In this document: piece by piece, positions 9,523 to 18,701 of the stretch | Position numbering within the stretch: the stretch's first letter is position 1 | How the letters are laid out: the number at the start of each line of letters is the position of its first letter | Origin: an uncultured Chloroflexota bacterium | Lineage (GTDB): Bacteria > Chloroflexota > Dehalococcoidia > GIF9 > AB-539-J10 | DNA: 64,000 nucleotides | Assembly: GCA_903884455.1 (NCBI GenBank) | Contig: CAISEW010000041.1 | Location: 98,086 to 162,085 of the forward strand | Reading direction: 5' to 3' | The notes under the pieces: generated by a model | What the model saw: the letters and a program-made list of their open reading frames with translations, nothing else | Told to the model about the DNA's origin: nothing | Database searches by the model: none | Program-made: the position numbers and the translations under genes

Positions 9523-10974
9523 ATGAAGACTGCGAAAGAATACCTTGAGAGCATGAAGAAAATGCATTTTGAACTCTACATGTTTGGAGAGCGAGTTACC
9601 AATCATGCCGATAATCCTATTATCAAACCGACAAGGAATTGTATTGCTGCTACTTATGAACTTGCCGAAGAGTCCAAATTTCCCCAATTCCAGAAAGTTA
9701 TGACAGCCACCTCTCATCTAACAGGAAAGAAGATAAATCGCTTCTGTCACATTCATCAGAGTACCGAAGACCTGGTTAACAAGTCAAAAATGGGTAGAGG
9801 ATTGGGTGCTTATACGGGCTCTTGCTTTCAGCGTTGCGTTGAGATGGATGCCTTGAATGCTTTGTCGATGGTGACTTATGACATTGACCAGAAGTATGGG
9901 ACCGAATACAACAAGCGTTTCCTGAAATACCTGAGGTATGTACAGGATGAAGACCTGGTTTGTTGTGGTGCCATGACGGATGCTAAGGGCGATAGAAGTC
10001 TTCGTCCAGCCGAACAAGCCGATCCCGACCAATACCTTCACGTAGTGGAAGAGAAGTCTGATGGCATTGTAGTTCGTGGGAGCAAATTGCACCAGACAGG
10101 ATCTGTAAATTCGCATGAAATCATCTGCATGCCGACCAGGGCTATGCGGGAAGAAGATAAAGAGTATGCTATTTCTTTTGCCTTGCCCAGCGACACTGAA
10201 GGGATTATATACATCTATGGAAGACAGCCATGCGACACGAGAAAGATAGACAGCCCGAATATGGATGTCGGCAACATTCTTTACGGGGGACAGGAATGCA
10301 TGGTTGTTTTTAACGACGTGTTTGTTCCCTGGGACCGAGTCTTTATGTACAAGGAATATGACTTTGCCGGTGACCTGGTAGAGAAGTTTTCTGCTTATCA
10401 CCGCCAGAGTTATGCCTGCAAGTCAGGTATGGGCGATGTCTTGATTGGCGCCAGTCAATTAGTTGCTGAATATCAGGGCACTGCAAAAGCTTCCCATATT
10501 AAAGACAAAATCATTGACATGATTCAGCTCAATGAAACCCTGATGTCTTGCAGTCTTGCCTGTGCTTATGAAGGTCACAGAGAAGCTTCGGGGACCTACC
10601 TTGTAGATACCCTGAGAGCCAATGTATCTAAACTAAATGTGACGAAATTTCCTTATGACATAGCCAGACTGGCCCAGGACATCGCTGGCGGCTTAATAGT
10701 AACCATGCCTTCTGAAAAAGACCTTAAGCATCCCAAGATAGGCAAATATGTTGCTAAGTATCTGAAGGGTGTTGACGGTGTTGCGGTAGAAAATCGCGTT
10801 CGTGTACTACGACTGATTGAGAATCTCACGGTGGGTTTAGGAGCCGCGTGTTATTTGGCGGAATCGATGCATGGTGCCGGGTCACCTATGGCTCAAAGAA
10901 TTATGATTGGTAGACAGTCCAATATAGACAGAATGAAAAGCAGTGCCAAGAGGTTGTGTGGCATTGAATCCTAG
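9523..10974 (+). CDS. 4-hydroxybutyryl-CoA dehydratase / 4-hydroxyphenylacetate 3-monooxygenase (HpaB/AbfD) family protein
   Basis: 483 aa. HpaB-like N- and C-terminal domains. The CxxxC (GSCFQRC) plus downstream His..Cys (YHRQSYAC) pattern resembles the AbfD [4Fe-4S] ligands. Confidence 0.65.
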   Translation: MKTAKEYLESMKKMHFELYMFGERVTNHADNPIIKPTRNCIAATYELAEESKFPQFQKVMTATSHLTGKKINRFCHIHQSTEDLVNKSKMGRGLGAYTGSCFQRCVEMDALNALSMVTYDIDQKYGTEYNKRFLKYLRYVQDEDLVCCGAMTDAKGDRSLRPAEQADPDQYLHVVEEKSDGIVVRGSKLHQTGSVNSHEIICMPTRAMREEDKEYAISFALPSDTEGIIYIYGRQPCDTRKIDSPNMDVGNILYGGQECMVVFNDVFVPWDRVFMYKEYDFAGDLVEKFSAYHRQSYACKSGMGDVLIGASQLVAEYQGTAKASHIKDKIIDMIQLNETLMSCSLACAYEGHREASGTYLVDTLRANVSKLNVTKFPYDIARLAQDIAGGLIVTMPSEKDLKHPKIGKYVAKYLKGVDGVAVENRVRVLRLIENLTVGLGAACYLAESMHGAGSPMAQRIMIGRQSNIDRMKSSAKRLCGIES

Positions 10975-11042
10975 TTACTGGTTTAAAGAGAAGCGACTTC
11001 TTAAACCGTTACAGAAACATCGTAGTCCGGGCTAAGGAAACT

Positions 11043-11999
11043 ATGAGTAGCAGCCCAACAGTCTTGATTAATACCAACTTACCTCTGCCTTTGTTTCGGC
11101 GGGGTAAGGTAAGAGACGTTTATGGTTTAGGTGATAAATTACTCATTGTGTCCACCGACCGCATCTCTGCCTTCGATGTTGTCTTGCCCTGCGGTATCCC
11201 TGGCAAAGGAAGAGTTCTTAACCAGCTTTCTGCCTTCTGGTTTGAGAAAACAGCCCATATCCTCCCCAATCATCTTATCAAGGTAATCGATAGCGTGGAT
11301 ATACTTCGGGATGTCATTGCGAGGGCTGAAAGCCCGAAGCAATCTCAATGGAAAAGAGATTCCTTGCTTACACTTGGAACAAGCCTCATCGGACGCTCTA
11401 TGCTTGTGGCCAAGGGCGAGCGCATACCTGTAGAATGCGTTGTTCGGGGCTATCTATCTGGCTCGGCATGGGTGGAGTATAAAGAGACTGGAAAAGTAGG
11501 CGATATCAGCTTGCCCCAGGGAATGACAGAGAGTCAGGAATTGTCCCAACCTATCTTTACCCCCACTACTAAGAGCGACACAGAGCATGACCGCCCTTTG
11601 ACCAATCAAGACATAAAAGGCCTGGGCATTGAAGGCCTTTTTGGGGAGTTGGAACAAAAAAGCCTGCTCATCTACTCCTATGCTCGGGATTACGCCAAAC
11701 GCCGGGGCATAATAATTGCCGATACTAAGTTCGAGTTTGGTTTTATCAATGGTAAATTAGCCCTTATCGATGAGCTACTAACGCCAGACTCAAGTCGCTT
11801 CTGGGATGCCAGCCAATATGAGGTTGGCCATTCGCAGCCCAGCTTCGATAAACAGCCAGTCCGTGATTGGCTATCAGATTCAGGATGGGATAAGGAACCG
11901 CCAGCGCCTATGTTGCCACCGGAGGTAATAGAGAGAACATCGAAAAGATATCGTGAGGTGTACAGCAAATTGACCGGTGGTGTTCTCAGAGGAAAATAA
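11043..11999 (+). CDS. purC: phosphoribosylaminoimidazole-succinocarboxamide synthase
   Basis: RGKVRDVY...LLIVSTDRISAFD SAICAR synthetase motifs. 318 aa. Confidence 0.9.
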   Translation: MSSSPTVLINTNLPLPLFRRGKVRDVYGLGDKLLIVSTDRISAFDVVLPCGIPGKGRVLNQLSAFWFEKTAHILPNHLIKVIDSVDILRDVIARAESPKQSQWKRDSLLTLGTSLIGRSMLVAKGERIPVECVVRGYLSGSAWVEYKETGKVGDISLPQGMTESQELSQPIFTPTTKSDTEHDRPLTNQDIKGLGIEGLFGELEQKSLLIYSYARDYAKRRGIIIADTKFEFGFINGKLALIDELLTPDSSRFWDASQYEVGHSQPSFDKQPVRDWLSDSGWDKEPPAPMLPPEVIERTSKRYREVYSKLTGGVLRGK

Positions 12000-12085
12000 G
12001 ATGGGGATTGTCCAGAGATGATTATTTCATTGCGGTTCGCTGTTGCCAGCCCCTTATTTTGCCTGTGGAGTGCTTTGTCGCGTTC

Positions 12086-13054
12086 CTATCCAGCCAGTAC
12101 CTTGACCAATTGTAGCAAGTTGCTGTCCAATTCCTTCCTCTTCTCCCAGGTTTCCCTTAGCGGAGTGAAGGCTATCTCCCCCTTCAGCTCTCCCACCATG
12201 TAACCTGCCATGCCATTAACCAGAGCATCCACAGCCGCTGCTCCTAACTTGCTGGCGAGTACTCTATCTCTGGCTGTAGGTGAGCCACCTCTTTGGACAT
12301 GTCCCAGCACACAAATTCGGTATTCTAGCTTTAATCTCTCCCATACTTGTTGAGCAATTGAAAAGGCACCGCCTGCCTCATCTCCTTCAGCCACTATCAC
12401 GATACAGGATTTTTTACCTCTCTTGAAGCTACGCTCTATATCAAGACAAAGCTGTTCTATTTTTGTCTCTACTTCCGGAATTAAGATATCTTCGGCTCCG
12501 CCAGCAATTCCTACCTCCAGTGCAATGAATCCTCTATTCCTTCCCATGACCTCGATGAAAAAGGGACGTGGTAGCGACTCCGCCGTATCTCTGATCTTAT
12601 CTATGGCGTCCAATGCTGTATTTATGGCAGTATCGAAGCCAACAGTATAGTCCGTGCCATAAACATCGTTATCTATGGTGCTGGGAATACTAATCACCTT
12701 TACATTTTTCGCTTCAGCCAGGGCTGTGGCACCGCGCAATGTGCCATCTCCGCCTATAGTTATCAATCCCTCGATGCCTTCCCGTTGGAGGATTTCATTT
12801 GCCTTCCTTATGCCTTCCCTGGTCTTCATTTCCTCACAGCGGGCTGTTTCCAGGATGGTGCCCCCGCGGTGGATAATGTTGGCTACCGACCTGTTGCCTA
12901 GCTTTATAAAGTCCTCTTCCAATATACCGCGGTATCCTTGGCGAATCCCTACGACCTCCAGCTTATGGCTAACCCCACAACGGACGACAGCCCTGATGCA
13001 GGCATTCATTCCTGGAGCGTCACCGCCGCTGGTTAACACGCCAATCTTTTTCAT
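12086..13054 (-). CDS. pfkA: ATP-dependent 6-phosphofructokinase
   Basis: MKKIGVLTSGGDAPGMNA N-terminus. GGDGT motif. 322 aa. Confidence 0.85.
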   Translation of the reverse strand: MKKIGVLTSGGDAPGMNACIRAVVRCGVSHKLEVVGIRQGYRGILEEDFIKLGNRSVANIIHRGGTILETARCEEMKTREGIRKANEILQREGIEGLITIGGDGTLRGATALAEAKNVKVISIPSTIDNDVYGTDYTVGFDTAINTALDAIDKIRDTAESLPRPFFIEVMGRNRGFIALEVGIAGGAEDILIPEVETKIEQLCLDIERSFKRGKKSCIVIVAEGDEAGGAFSIAQQVWERLKLEYRICVLGHVQRGGSPTARDRVLASKLGAAAVDALVNGMAGYMVGELKGEIAFTPLRETWEKRKELDSNLLQLVKVLAG

Positions 13055-13110
13055 AATACTTTCCGATTTAGCTTCTATTCTACCATGAAATGCTTGGCTT
13101 CCTGGCTCCC

Positions 13111-13647
13111 TTAAACCTTGTAGCTATCTCGATAATACACCAGCAAGTAGAGCTCTCTGAGCAAGTCAGACTCGTTGTGCTTTATGATTTGCTGCAAATA
13201 GTTATTATCCTCTGTGTAAAGGAATCTTTGCCATAGCAAAGGGACATCTCTGCCGCTTATCACTGGCTCGTTAAAATAATGCTCCGCGTGCGAGAACAGC
13301 TCGTCCAACTTAGGCCACTTGAGGTAAAGTGCCTCGGCTTTTTCCTTCCAGGGCTGAAATAAGTCTATCCCTTCTATATCAATCCCTTTAGCTTGAAGAA
13401 ATCCTTTCTCGAAGGAGAGATTGTAGGCGTAAAATGGCTTGGGGAGCGTCGGAACGAGTTCCGCAAGCTGAGCGATAAACGGTGCTTCTTCTTCCGAATT
13501 CCGGCAAATTATCTCGAGACGGCTCCCTTGAATATAGCCAAAGAGCACTATCTCATCTTGGTCCACATCAAGGCCGGTGGTCTCCAGGTCAATCAAGGTT
13601 CCTTGTGGGATACCCAACATTAACTCTCGGCTGTATGAGGTAATCAT
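13111..13647 (-). CDS. YprB/PolB-exonuclease-like RNase H-fold protein (predicted DEDD 3'-5' exonuclease)
   Basis: IDLETTGLD (Exo I), YNLSFEKGF (Exo II-like) and HNESD. A paralog of the 51388..51969 ORF (shared YNLSF block). Confidence 0.45.
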   Translation of the reverse strand: MITSYSRELMLGIPQGTLIDLETTGLDVDQDEIVLFGYIQGSRLEIICRNSEEEAPFIAQLAELVPTLPKPFYAYNLSFEKGFLQAKGIDIEGIDLFQPWKEKAEALYLKWPKLDELFSHAEHYFNEPVISGRDVPLLWQRFLYTEDNNYLQQIIKHNESDLLRELYLLVYYRDSYKV

Positions 13648-13843
13648 GCCTGTATCTTCTTGTTTTTGCCATTATTATTATACAAGCCGGATTGCACCAA
13701 AGATAGCATATAGCTAACTGCATAAATCATTATAATTCTCTCTCCTATTATATATAATCCTCCCCTAGAGGGAGGGGGAAAGCTCACTGAATTCACCCTC
13801 TATTTAAAAACGTAGTTGCCCAATTTATTGGGCGCACCCCTCT

Positions 13844-13931
13844 GTCATTGCGAGGAGCAGAGTGACGAAGCAATCTCGGTGGGGAGGCAATGAGATTGCC
13901 ACGCCCCGACAAGTCGGGGCTCGCAATGACA
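13844..13931. repeat. Composite palindromic intergenic element (GTCATTGCGAG family), full copy
   Basis: GTCATTGCGAGGAGCAGAGTGACGAAGCAATCTC...GAGATTGCCACGCCCCGACAAGTCGGGGCTCGCAATGAC. Outer 11-bp arms are complementary, with an inner CCCCGAC/GTCGGGG hairpin. Confidence 0.85.
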
Positions 13932-13966
13932 GTGTGGAGTTGTTAATCAAGCTGATGTTAATATAG

Positions 13967-14902
13967 GTGGTAAAAAATTTGAGTAATATGGACATTTGTG
14001 AGCAGTTAAGGACTAAGCTTACGGAAGCTGTGGAGAGGAACAGAGCCGATAGCATACTCCTATCAGGAGGGCTCGATACGAGCATTTTGGCTTTTGTAGC
14101 CAGGCCTAGCACAGGCTTCACAGTGGCGTTGAAAGACTCCCTGGCATCTGACCTTCTCTATTCAGAGAAGATTGCGAAACTCCTGGGGATACAGCATAAG
14201 AAAATGGAGTTCGCTACAGAAGAGGCACTTGCCACCCTTCCCGAGGTTATAGGAATACTGAAAACCTTTGACCTCGCCTTGCCCAACGACATTTCCATAT
14301 ATTTTGCCCTAAAGCTGGCTAGAGAAAGTGGAATCAGTTCTATCATGACGGGCGATGGAGCAGATGAGCTCTTCGCCGGCTATTCTTACATGGCAGAGCT
14401 CCCTCCCAAAGACCTGGGAAGATATATAAGAAGGCTCTCAGAAAACTGGCATTTCTCAGCCAATGAGCTTGGCAGGGCTTTGGGCGTTGAAATCAAACAG
14501 CCCTTCCTTGATAAGGATTTCGTTCGCTTTGCCCTGGAGATAAGCCCGGAGCTCAAGGTTAAAGACGGGGTAGGGAAGTATATCCTGAGAAAGAGCTTTG
14601 AGGACTTGATCCCGCCGGAGATAGTGTGGCGGAGAAAGGAGCCCATAGAGTATGGCTCAGGCTCCACCAAGCTGCACGAAATAATAAATAGTATGGTCAT
14701 GGACGAGGAATTCCAATCAGTAGCTAATAAAGTTGACATAAAGTTCATAAACAAAGAGCACTTCTTTTACTGGCGTATCTATAACGAGGTCGTGGGGGAA
14801 ATTCCCAAAGCCAAGGATGATGAAATTAGCTGTCCCTGCTGCGGAGCAGGCATGGGCACATATCACTGCCCCACCTGCGGCTTCTCCCGTCCCTTGTTAT
14901 GA
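13967..14902 (+). CDS. asparagine synthetase C-terminal (synthetase) domain-like PP-loop amidoligase with C-terminal zinc ribbon; no glutaminase domain
   Basis: SGGLDTS PP-loop and MTGDGADELFAGYSYM (AsnB GxGxDELFgGY motif). C-terminal CPCC...CPTC. 311 aa. Confidence 0.6.
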   Translation: MVKNLSNMDICEQLRTKLTEAVERNRADSILLSGGLDTSILAFVARPSTGFTVALKDSLASDLLYSEKIAKLLGIQHKKMEFATEEALATLPEVIGILKTFDLALPNDISIYFALKLARESGISSIMTGDGADELFAGYSYMAELPPKDLGRYIRRLSENWHFSANELGRALGVEIKQPFLDKDFVRFALEISPELKVKDGVGKYILRKSFEDLIPPEIVWRRKEPIEYGSGSTKLHEIINSMVMDEEFQSVANKVDIKFINKEHFFYWRIYNEVVGEIPKAKDDEISCPCCGAGMGTYHCPTCGFSRPLL

Positions 14903-15024
14903 AGCTCCTTTACATCCTTCCCTTGCTGAGGTTATCATATGCCGTATTTGAACGGGCCTGGTCTCCGCCCTAGTATCCGATGAAGGACAGCAAAACTAAC
15001 TCAAGGATAAAAGGAGGGATTCAA

Positions 15025-15564
15025 ATGTTAAAGGGCAAGAGCGTTCTTCTACGGCAGGTAAAGAGATCGGATATCTCATATTTTCTGAAGTGGTTTAACG
15101 ACTCAGAGGTAATCCAGTATCTTTGTTTGTATCTGCCGATGACTGAAATGGCCGAGGAGAAATACATCGAGGAATTAGGCACCACGAGGGCGAAAAGCGA
15201 TGTTCGGTTTGTCATCGAAGTGGTTGAAGGTGCCTCAACTAAACCCATCGGCAACTGCGGGCTGCACGAGATTAACGCAAAAGACCACAGTGCCAATTTT
15301 GGGATTGTCATAGGCGAGAAGGATTACTGGAACAAAGGCTATGGCACGGAGGCTGCCCGCCTGCTAATCAACTATGGCTTCCAACAATTGAATCTACATC
15401 GCATCTCATCGGCTGCATTTGACTTCAATGAGCGCAGCATTAAGCTTCACAAGAAAGTCGGCTTTCGGGAAGAAGGCCGTCTGCGGGAAGCCATGTTCAA
15501 AAACGGGCAATACCATGATGAGGTGCAGTTCGGCATCCTAAGGGAGGAGTGGAGAGGATTGTGA
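15025..15564 (+). CDS. GNAT family N-acetyltransferase (RimJ/RimL-like)
   Basis: Acetyl-CoA binding fold: NFGIVIGEKDYWNKGYGTEA. The Met at 15025 follows an AGGAGG RBS; the longest ORF starts at 14980. Confidence 0.75.
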   Translation: MLKGKSVLLRQVKRSDISYFLKWFNDSEVIQYLCLYLPMTEMAEEKYIEELGTTRAKSDVRFVIEVVEGASTKPIGNCGLHEINAKDHSANFGIVIGEKDYWNKGYGTEAARLLINYGFQQLNLHRISSAAFDFNERSIKLHKKVGFREEGRLREAMFKNGQYHDEVQFGILREEWRGL

Positions 15565-15581
15565 TGGGGAGAGGAATTATA

Positions 15582-16373
15582 TCAGCTCGTTCCGTGACTC
15601 CCGCCTGCCGTGATGAGGGTGGTAGGCAATTTATTAATGGGGTGGGGGTAAACACATACTTCGGCGCCGTAAACCTTCTTGATATTCGGCGCTGTGAGTA
15701 TGTCGAGTGGCGTGCCTTCAGCGTAAACTTTCCCTCCATTTAGCATGACCATCCAATCGCAGTATTGGGCAGCTAAGTTCAAATCATGTAAAGCGATAAT
15801 GACGGTCAAACTTTGCTCCAGGCAAAGGCTCTTGACCAGATTGAGAATCTCGACTTGATGGTTTATATCCAGATTGGCAGTTGGCTCGTCAAGGAGCATC
15901 GCCTTTGGCTGCTGGGTTAGTGCCCGGGCGATAATCAGCCTCTGTCTCTCTCCGCCCGAGAGCTCACTTACTCTGCGCTCGGCGAAGGATTGGGTATGCG
16001 TGGCCTCCATGGCTTGCCAGGCGATAGCCAGGTCCTTTCCTCCCTCGTAGCGAAGAAGCCCGAGGTGAGGCGTTCGTCCCATAAGCACCACTTCAAAAGC
16101 AGTGAAAGCCCCGGGCAAAGCCGGGCTTTGCGGCACCGTGGCAACAAGGCGAGCCAGTTCGTCTCGCTTAATAGTTCTTATATCACGGCTGTCAATTAAG
16201 ATACGCCCGGAGAACAGGTCAATCACCCGGGTCATTCCCTTGATTAATGTCGACTTCCCCGAGCCATTGGGGCCGACCAGCCCCAGTATTTGGCCGGGCC
16301 TGGCCTTCATACTTACATTATGCAAGATGGCTCGATGGTCATAGCCCAAGCTGACATTATCCAGTTCAATCAT
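15582..16373 (-). CDS. btuD: ABC transporter ATP-binding protein, iron-siderophore/cobalamin (FecE/BtuD) type
   Basis: Walker A GPNGSGKST. ABC signature LSGGERQR. Walker B LLDEPT. 263 aa. Confidence 0.8.
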   Translation of the reverse strand: MIELDNVSLGYDHRAILHNVSMKARPGQILGLVGPNGSGKSTLIKGMTRVIDLFSGRILIDSRDIRTIKRDELARLVATVPQSPALPGAFTAFEVVLMGRTPHLGLLRYEGGKDLAIAWQAMEATHTQSFAERRVSELSGGERQRLIIARALTQQPKAMLLDEPTANLDINHQVEILNLVKSLCLEQSLTVIIALHDLNLAAQYCDWMVMLNGGKVYAEGTPLDILTAPNIKKVYGAEVCVYPHPINKLPTTLITAGGSHGTS

Positions 16374-16387
16374 AGTGTCTTATCCTT

Positions 16388-17500
16388 TTAGAAGAAAGCG
16401 AGCCCTTTCCTTCTTCGCAATAGATAAAGGAAGAAAGGTGCTCCACAGAAAGCAGTAATTATTCCTACCGGAATCTCCGTAGGAGGCATTATGGTACGGG
16501 CTAAAGTATCGGCCAGGATGAGGAAGATGGCGCCAACCAGCGTGGATAGAGGGAGCAAAAACCGGTAGTCTGGCCCCCAAATAAGCCTCACTGCATGAGG
16601 GATGAGTATGCCGACGAAACCGATAAGGCCAGTGAAGCAAATCGCTGAGGAAGTAATAAGGGTGGCAGCTGCCAGTAATATGAGCTTGACCCTTTCCACA
16701 TTGATGCCCAGTTGTTGGGCCTGTTCTTCGTCTAGCTGCATTACATTGAGCGGTCGGGCATGAATCCAGATGACTACCAGGCCCGCTAATACACAAGGGA
16801 GGACCACCCACACCTCAGACCATTTAGTCAGGTAAAGTCCACCCAGCAGCCAGAATACAATCCCATGTAGTTCTTCACCGGAAACGGTCATGAGATAGGA
16901 AGTGATGGAGGATAGAAGAGCGCTTAGAGCTACTCCAGCCAGGATAAGCGTGGTGGCGGGCAGGGTTTTGCCGACACGAGCCAGCAAATAGACCACAGCC
17001 ACGGCGCCTATGGCACCAATGAAGGCAAATAATGGCACGGCCCCAAAAGCCATCCAGGCTAATGTGAAGGGAGTAAGCATGGCAATGGTCGCTCCCAGTC
17101 CCGCTCCTGAGGCCACACCCAGAAGATAAGGGTCAGCCAGAGGATTGCGAAACAGTCCTTGATAAGTAGCTCCGGCTACTGCCAGGGCCGCTCCTACTAA
17201 ACCTGCCAGAAGGATGCGTGGCAGACGGATATCCAGGATTATCGTTTTCAGAATTTCCAGGCTCACCGGTGCTCCGTAAATATCTGGGGAAGAAGGGGTA
17301 ATATGAACGAAGGGCAGTTGAGAGAGAAGGACTTGAAAAGTAGTGGTAAAGGGTATAGGAACACTTCCCAGAGTAGTGGCAAACACTACTACCACTACCA
17401 GCAATGCCGCAAGCCCCAATAAAGAGTAAACTCTGCTCTGCCAGCGAATGGCAAAAGGGATAACGGGCTCACTAAATACTTCAGCTACAGTACGTGCCAT
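16388..17500 (-). CDS. btuC: ABC transporter permease, FecCD/BtuC family
   Basis: 370 aa polytopic membrane protein with FecCD-type conserved glycine-rich TM segments. Confidence 0.8.
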   Translation of the reverse strand: MARTVAEVFSEPVIPFAIRWQSRVYSLLGLAALLVVVVVFATTLGSVPIPFTTTFQVLLSQLPFVHITPSSPDIYGAPVSLEILKTIILDIRLPRILLAGLVGAALAVAGATYQGLFRNPLADPYLLGVASGAGLGATIAMLTPFTLAWMAFGAVPLFAFIGAIGAVAVVYLLARVGKTLPATTLILAGVALSALLSSITSYLMTVSGEELHGIVFWLLGGLYLTKWSEVWVVLPCVLAGLVVIWIHARPLNVMQLDEEQAQQLGINVERVKLILLAAATLITSSAICFTGLIGFVGILIPHAVRLIWGPDYRFLLPLSTLVGAIFLILADTLARTIMPPTEIPVGIITAFCGAPFFLYLLRRRKGLAFF

Positions 17501-17514
17501 CGTTAAAGCCTAGT

Positions 17515-18045
17515 TTAATATTCAATGCCTTCCCGGCCTTTTATTCCTTGACTATAAGGATGCTTCACTTCCCTTACTTCGCTGACCAAATCTGCCTTTT
17601 CTATAATCTTTTCTGTGACACCCCGACCGGTTAAGACAAGCTCTAACTTTTCTGGCTTTGCCTCCAGAAGAGAGAGAACCTCTTCTTCTTTCAGAAAGCC
17701 GTCGCGCACGGCAATGTTTATCTCATCCAGAACCAACATATCCCAGGACGGGTCCTGGAAAAGCTCCTTAATGAATTCCAGCCCTTTGGAGCATTCCTGG
17801 AAGACATCGTCAGGATTGAGTTCCTTGTAGAAGTGAGGATGTTTCTTAGCGAAAAGGAAAGTCTTTACCCCCAGCTTTTTCAGGGAGTTATATTCACCGT
17901 ACCCGAATGCCTCAGGGTCTTTAAAAAAAGAGACGAAGCCGACCTTGAAACCGTGCCCGGCAGCGCGAGCTGCCTGACCAATAGCGGCAGTGGACTTTCC
18001 TTTGCCGGCCCCGGTATAAACTTGAATTAAGCCTTTCTTTTTCAT
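17515..18045 (-). CDS. cobO: cob(I)yrinic acid a,c-diamide adenosyltransferase (CobO/BtuR type)
   Basis: GLIQVYTGAGKGKSTAAIG P-loop of CobA/CobO. 176 aa. Confidence 0.8.
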   Translation of the reverse strand: MKKKGLIQVYTGAGKGKSTAAIGQAARAAGHGFKVGFVSFFKDPEAFGYGEYNSLKKLGVKTFLFAKKHPHFYKELNPDDVFQECSKGLEFIKELFQDPSWDMLVLDEINIAVRDGFLKEEEVLSLLEAKPEKLELVLTGRGVTEKIIEKADLVSEVREVKHPYSQGIKGREGIEY

Positions 18046-18056
18046 CTTAGCTCCCT

Positions 18057-18701
18057 TTATTGTAACTCAGCCGAGATTTCCCAGAACCATACGTTATCTA
18101 TTTTTTTACTTTCGCCCTTGGTAACCTTGAGCGCTTTCCTGAAAATGGGCCCCTCGGTAACGAAGGTGTGATATTCGCCATTTTCACCGCAGGGATGGGA
18201 GCCAAGTTTGCTAATTTGCCTTACCAAAGCTTTGTCGAGAACTTTTCCCAGGAAGTTCTCCTCTAATCTGGTGGCGACTATTATGGCTTTGAATTTCAAT
18301 TTAAGGAATTCCTCGATTAGCTTCTCTGGCTTTGTCCCCCAGAGGGGCAAAAATGCCTTTATCCTGACCTCGCTACATACCCTCTCCACCCATTCCCGAT
18401 GCTCTTCTAAGTCAATATCGCCGAACACGCCCCCTTCGATACCCTTATTCTTGAGTTCCCCGACAGCCTTCTTAAAGTTCTCTTCATAATTTTCCCATGA
18501 TGTCTTCACCTGGATGAGAGGAATGCCGATAGCTTCTGCTTGTAAAGCTACAACACTGGCTTTAATCCCATGGGATCTCGACCTCTGGTCATCTTCGGAG
18601 ACAAAGTTGAGCAGATATAGGACTTCGTGCCCCTGGGAAATTGCCTTATACGTCGCCAGGGCACATTCCTTACCCCCGCTCCAGGATGAAAAAACCTTCA
18701 C
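18057..18701 (-). CDS. Dph6-like (MJ0570/DUF71) PP-loop ATP pyrophosphatase
   Basis: N-terminal SWSGGKEC PP-loop variant and the fold of diphthine-ammonia ligase-type amidoligases. 214 aa. Sits inside the corrinoid uptake operon. Confidence 0.5.
   Translation of the reverse strand: MKVFSSWSGGKECALATYKAISQGHEVLYLLNFVSEDDQRSRSHGIKASVVALQAEAIGIPLIQVKTSWENYEENFKKAVGELKNKGIEGGVFGDIDLEEHREWVERVCSEVRIKAFLPLWGTKPEKLIEEFLKLKFKAIIVATRLEENFLGKVLDKALVRQISKLGSHPCGENGEYHTFVTEGPIFRKALKVTKGESKKIDNVWFWEISAELQ

Noticed and set aside
9784-10401. 205-aa antisense ORF inside the AbfD/HpaB-family gene, and similar long antisense ORFs at 22635-23192, 24350-24835, 54072-54545 and 60634-61511
   Set aside because: Each lies entirely within a well-supported gene on the opposite strand. 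Their composition is low-complexity (Ser/Pro/Arg-rich) and they contain no recognisable motifs. They are typical shadow ORFs.
13825-14121. 98-aa ORF containing ...DCFVTLLLAMTEGCAQ
   Set aside because: It is produced by translating the palindromic repeat. The same peptide string reappears wherever the repeat occurs (for example in the nth N-terminal extension), so it is repeat-encoded, not a gene.
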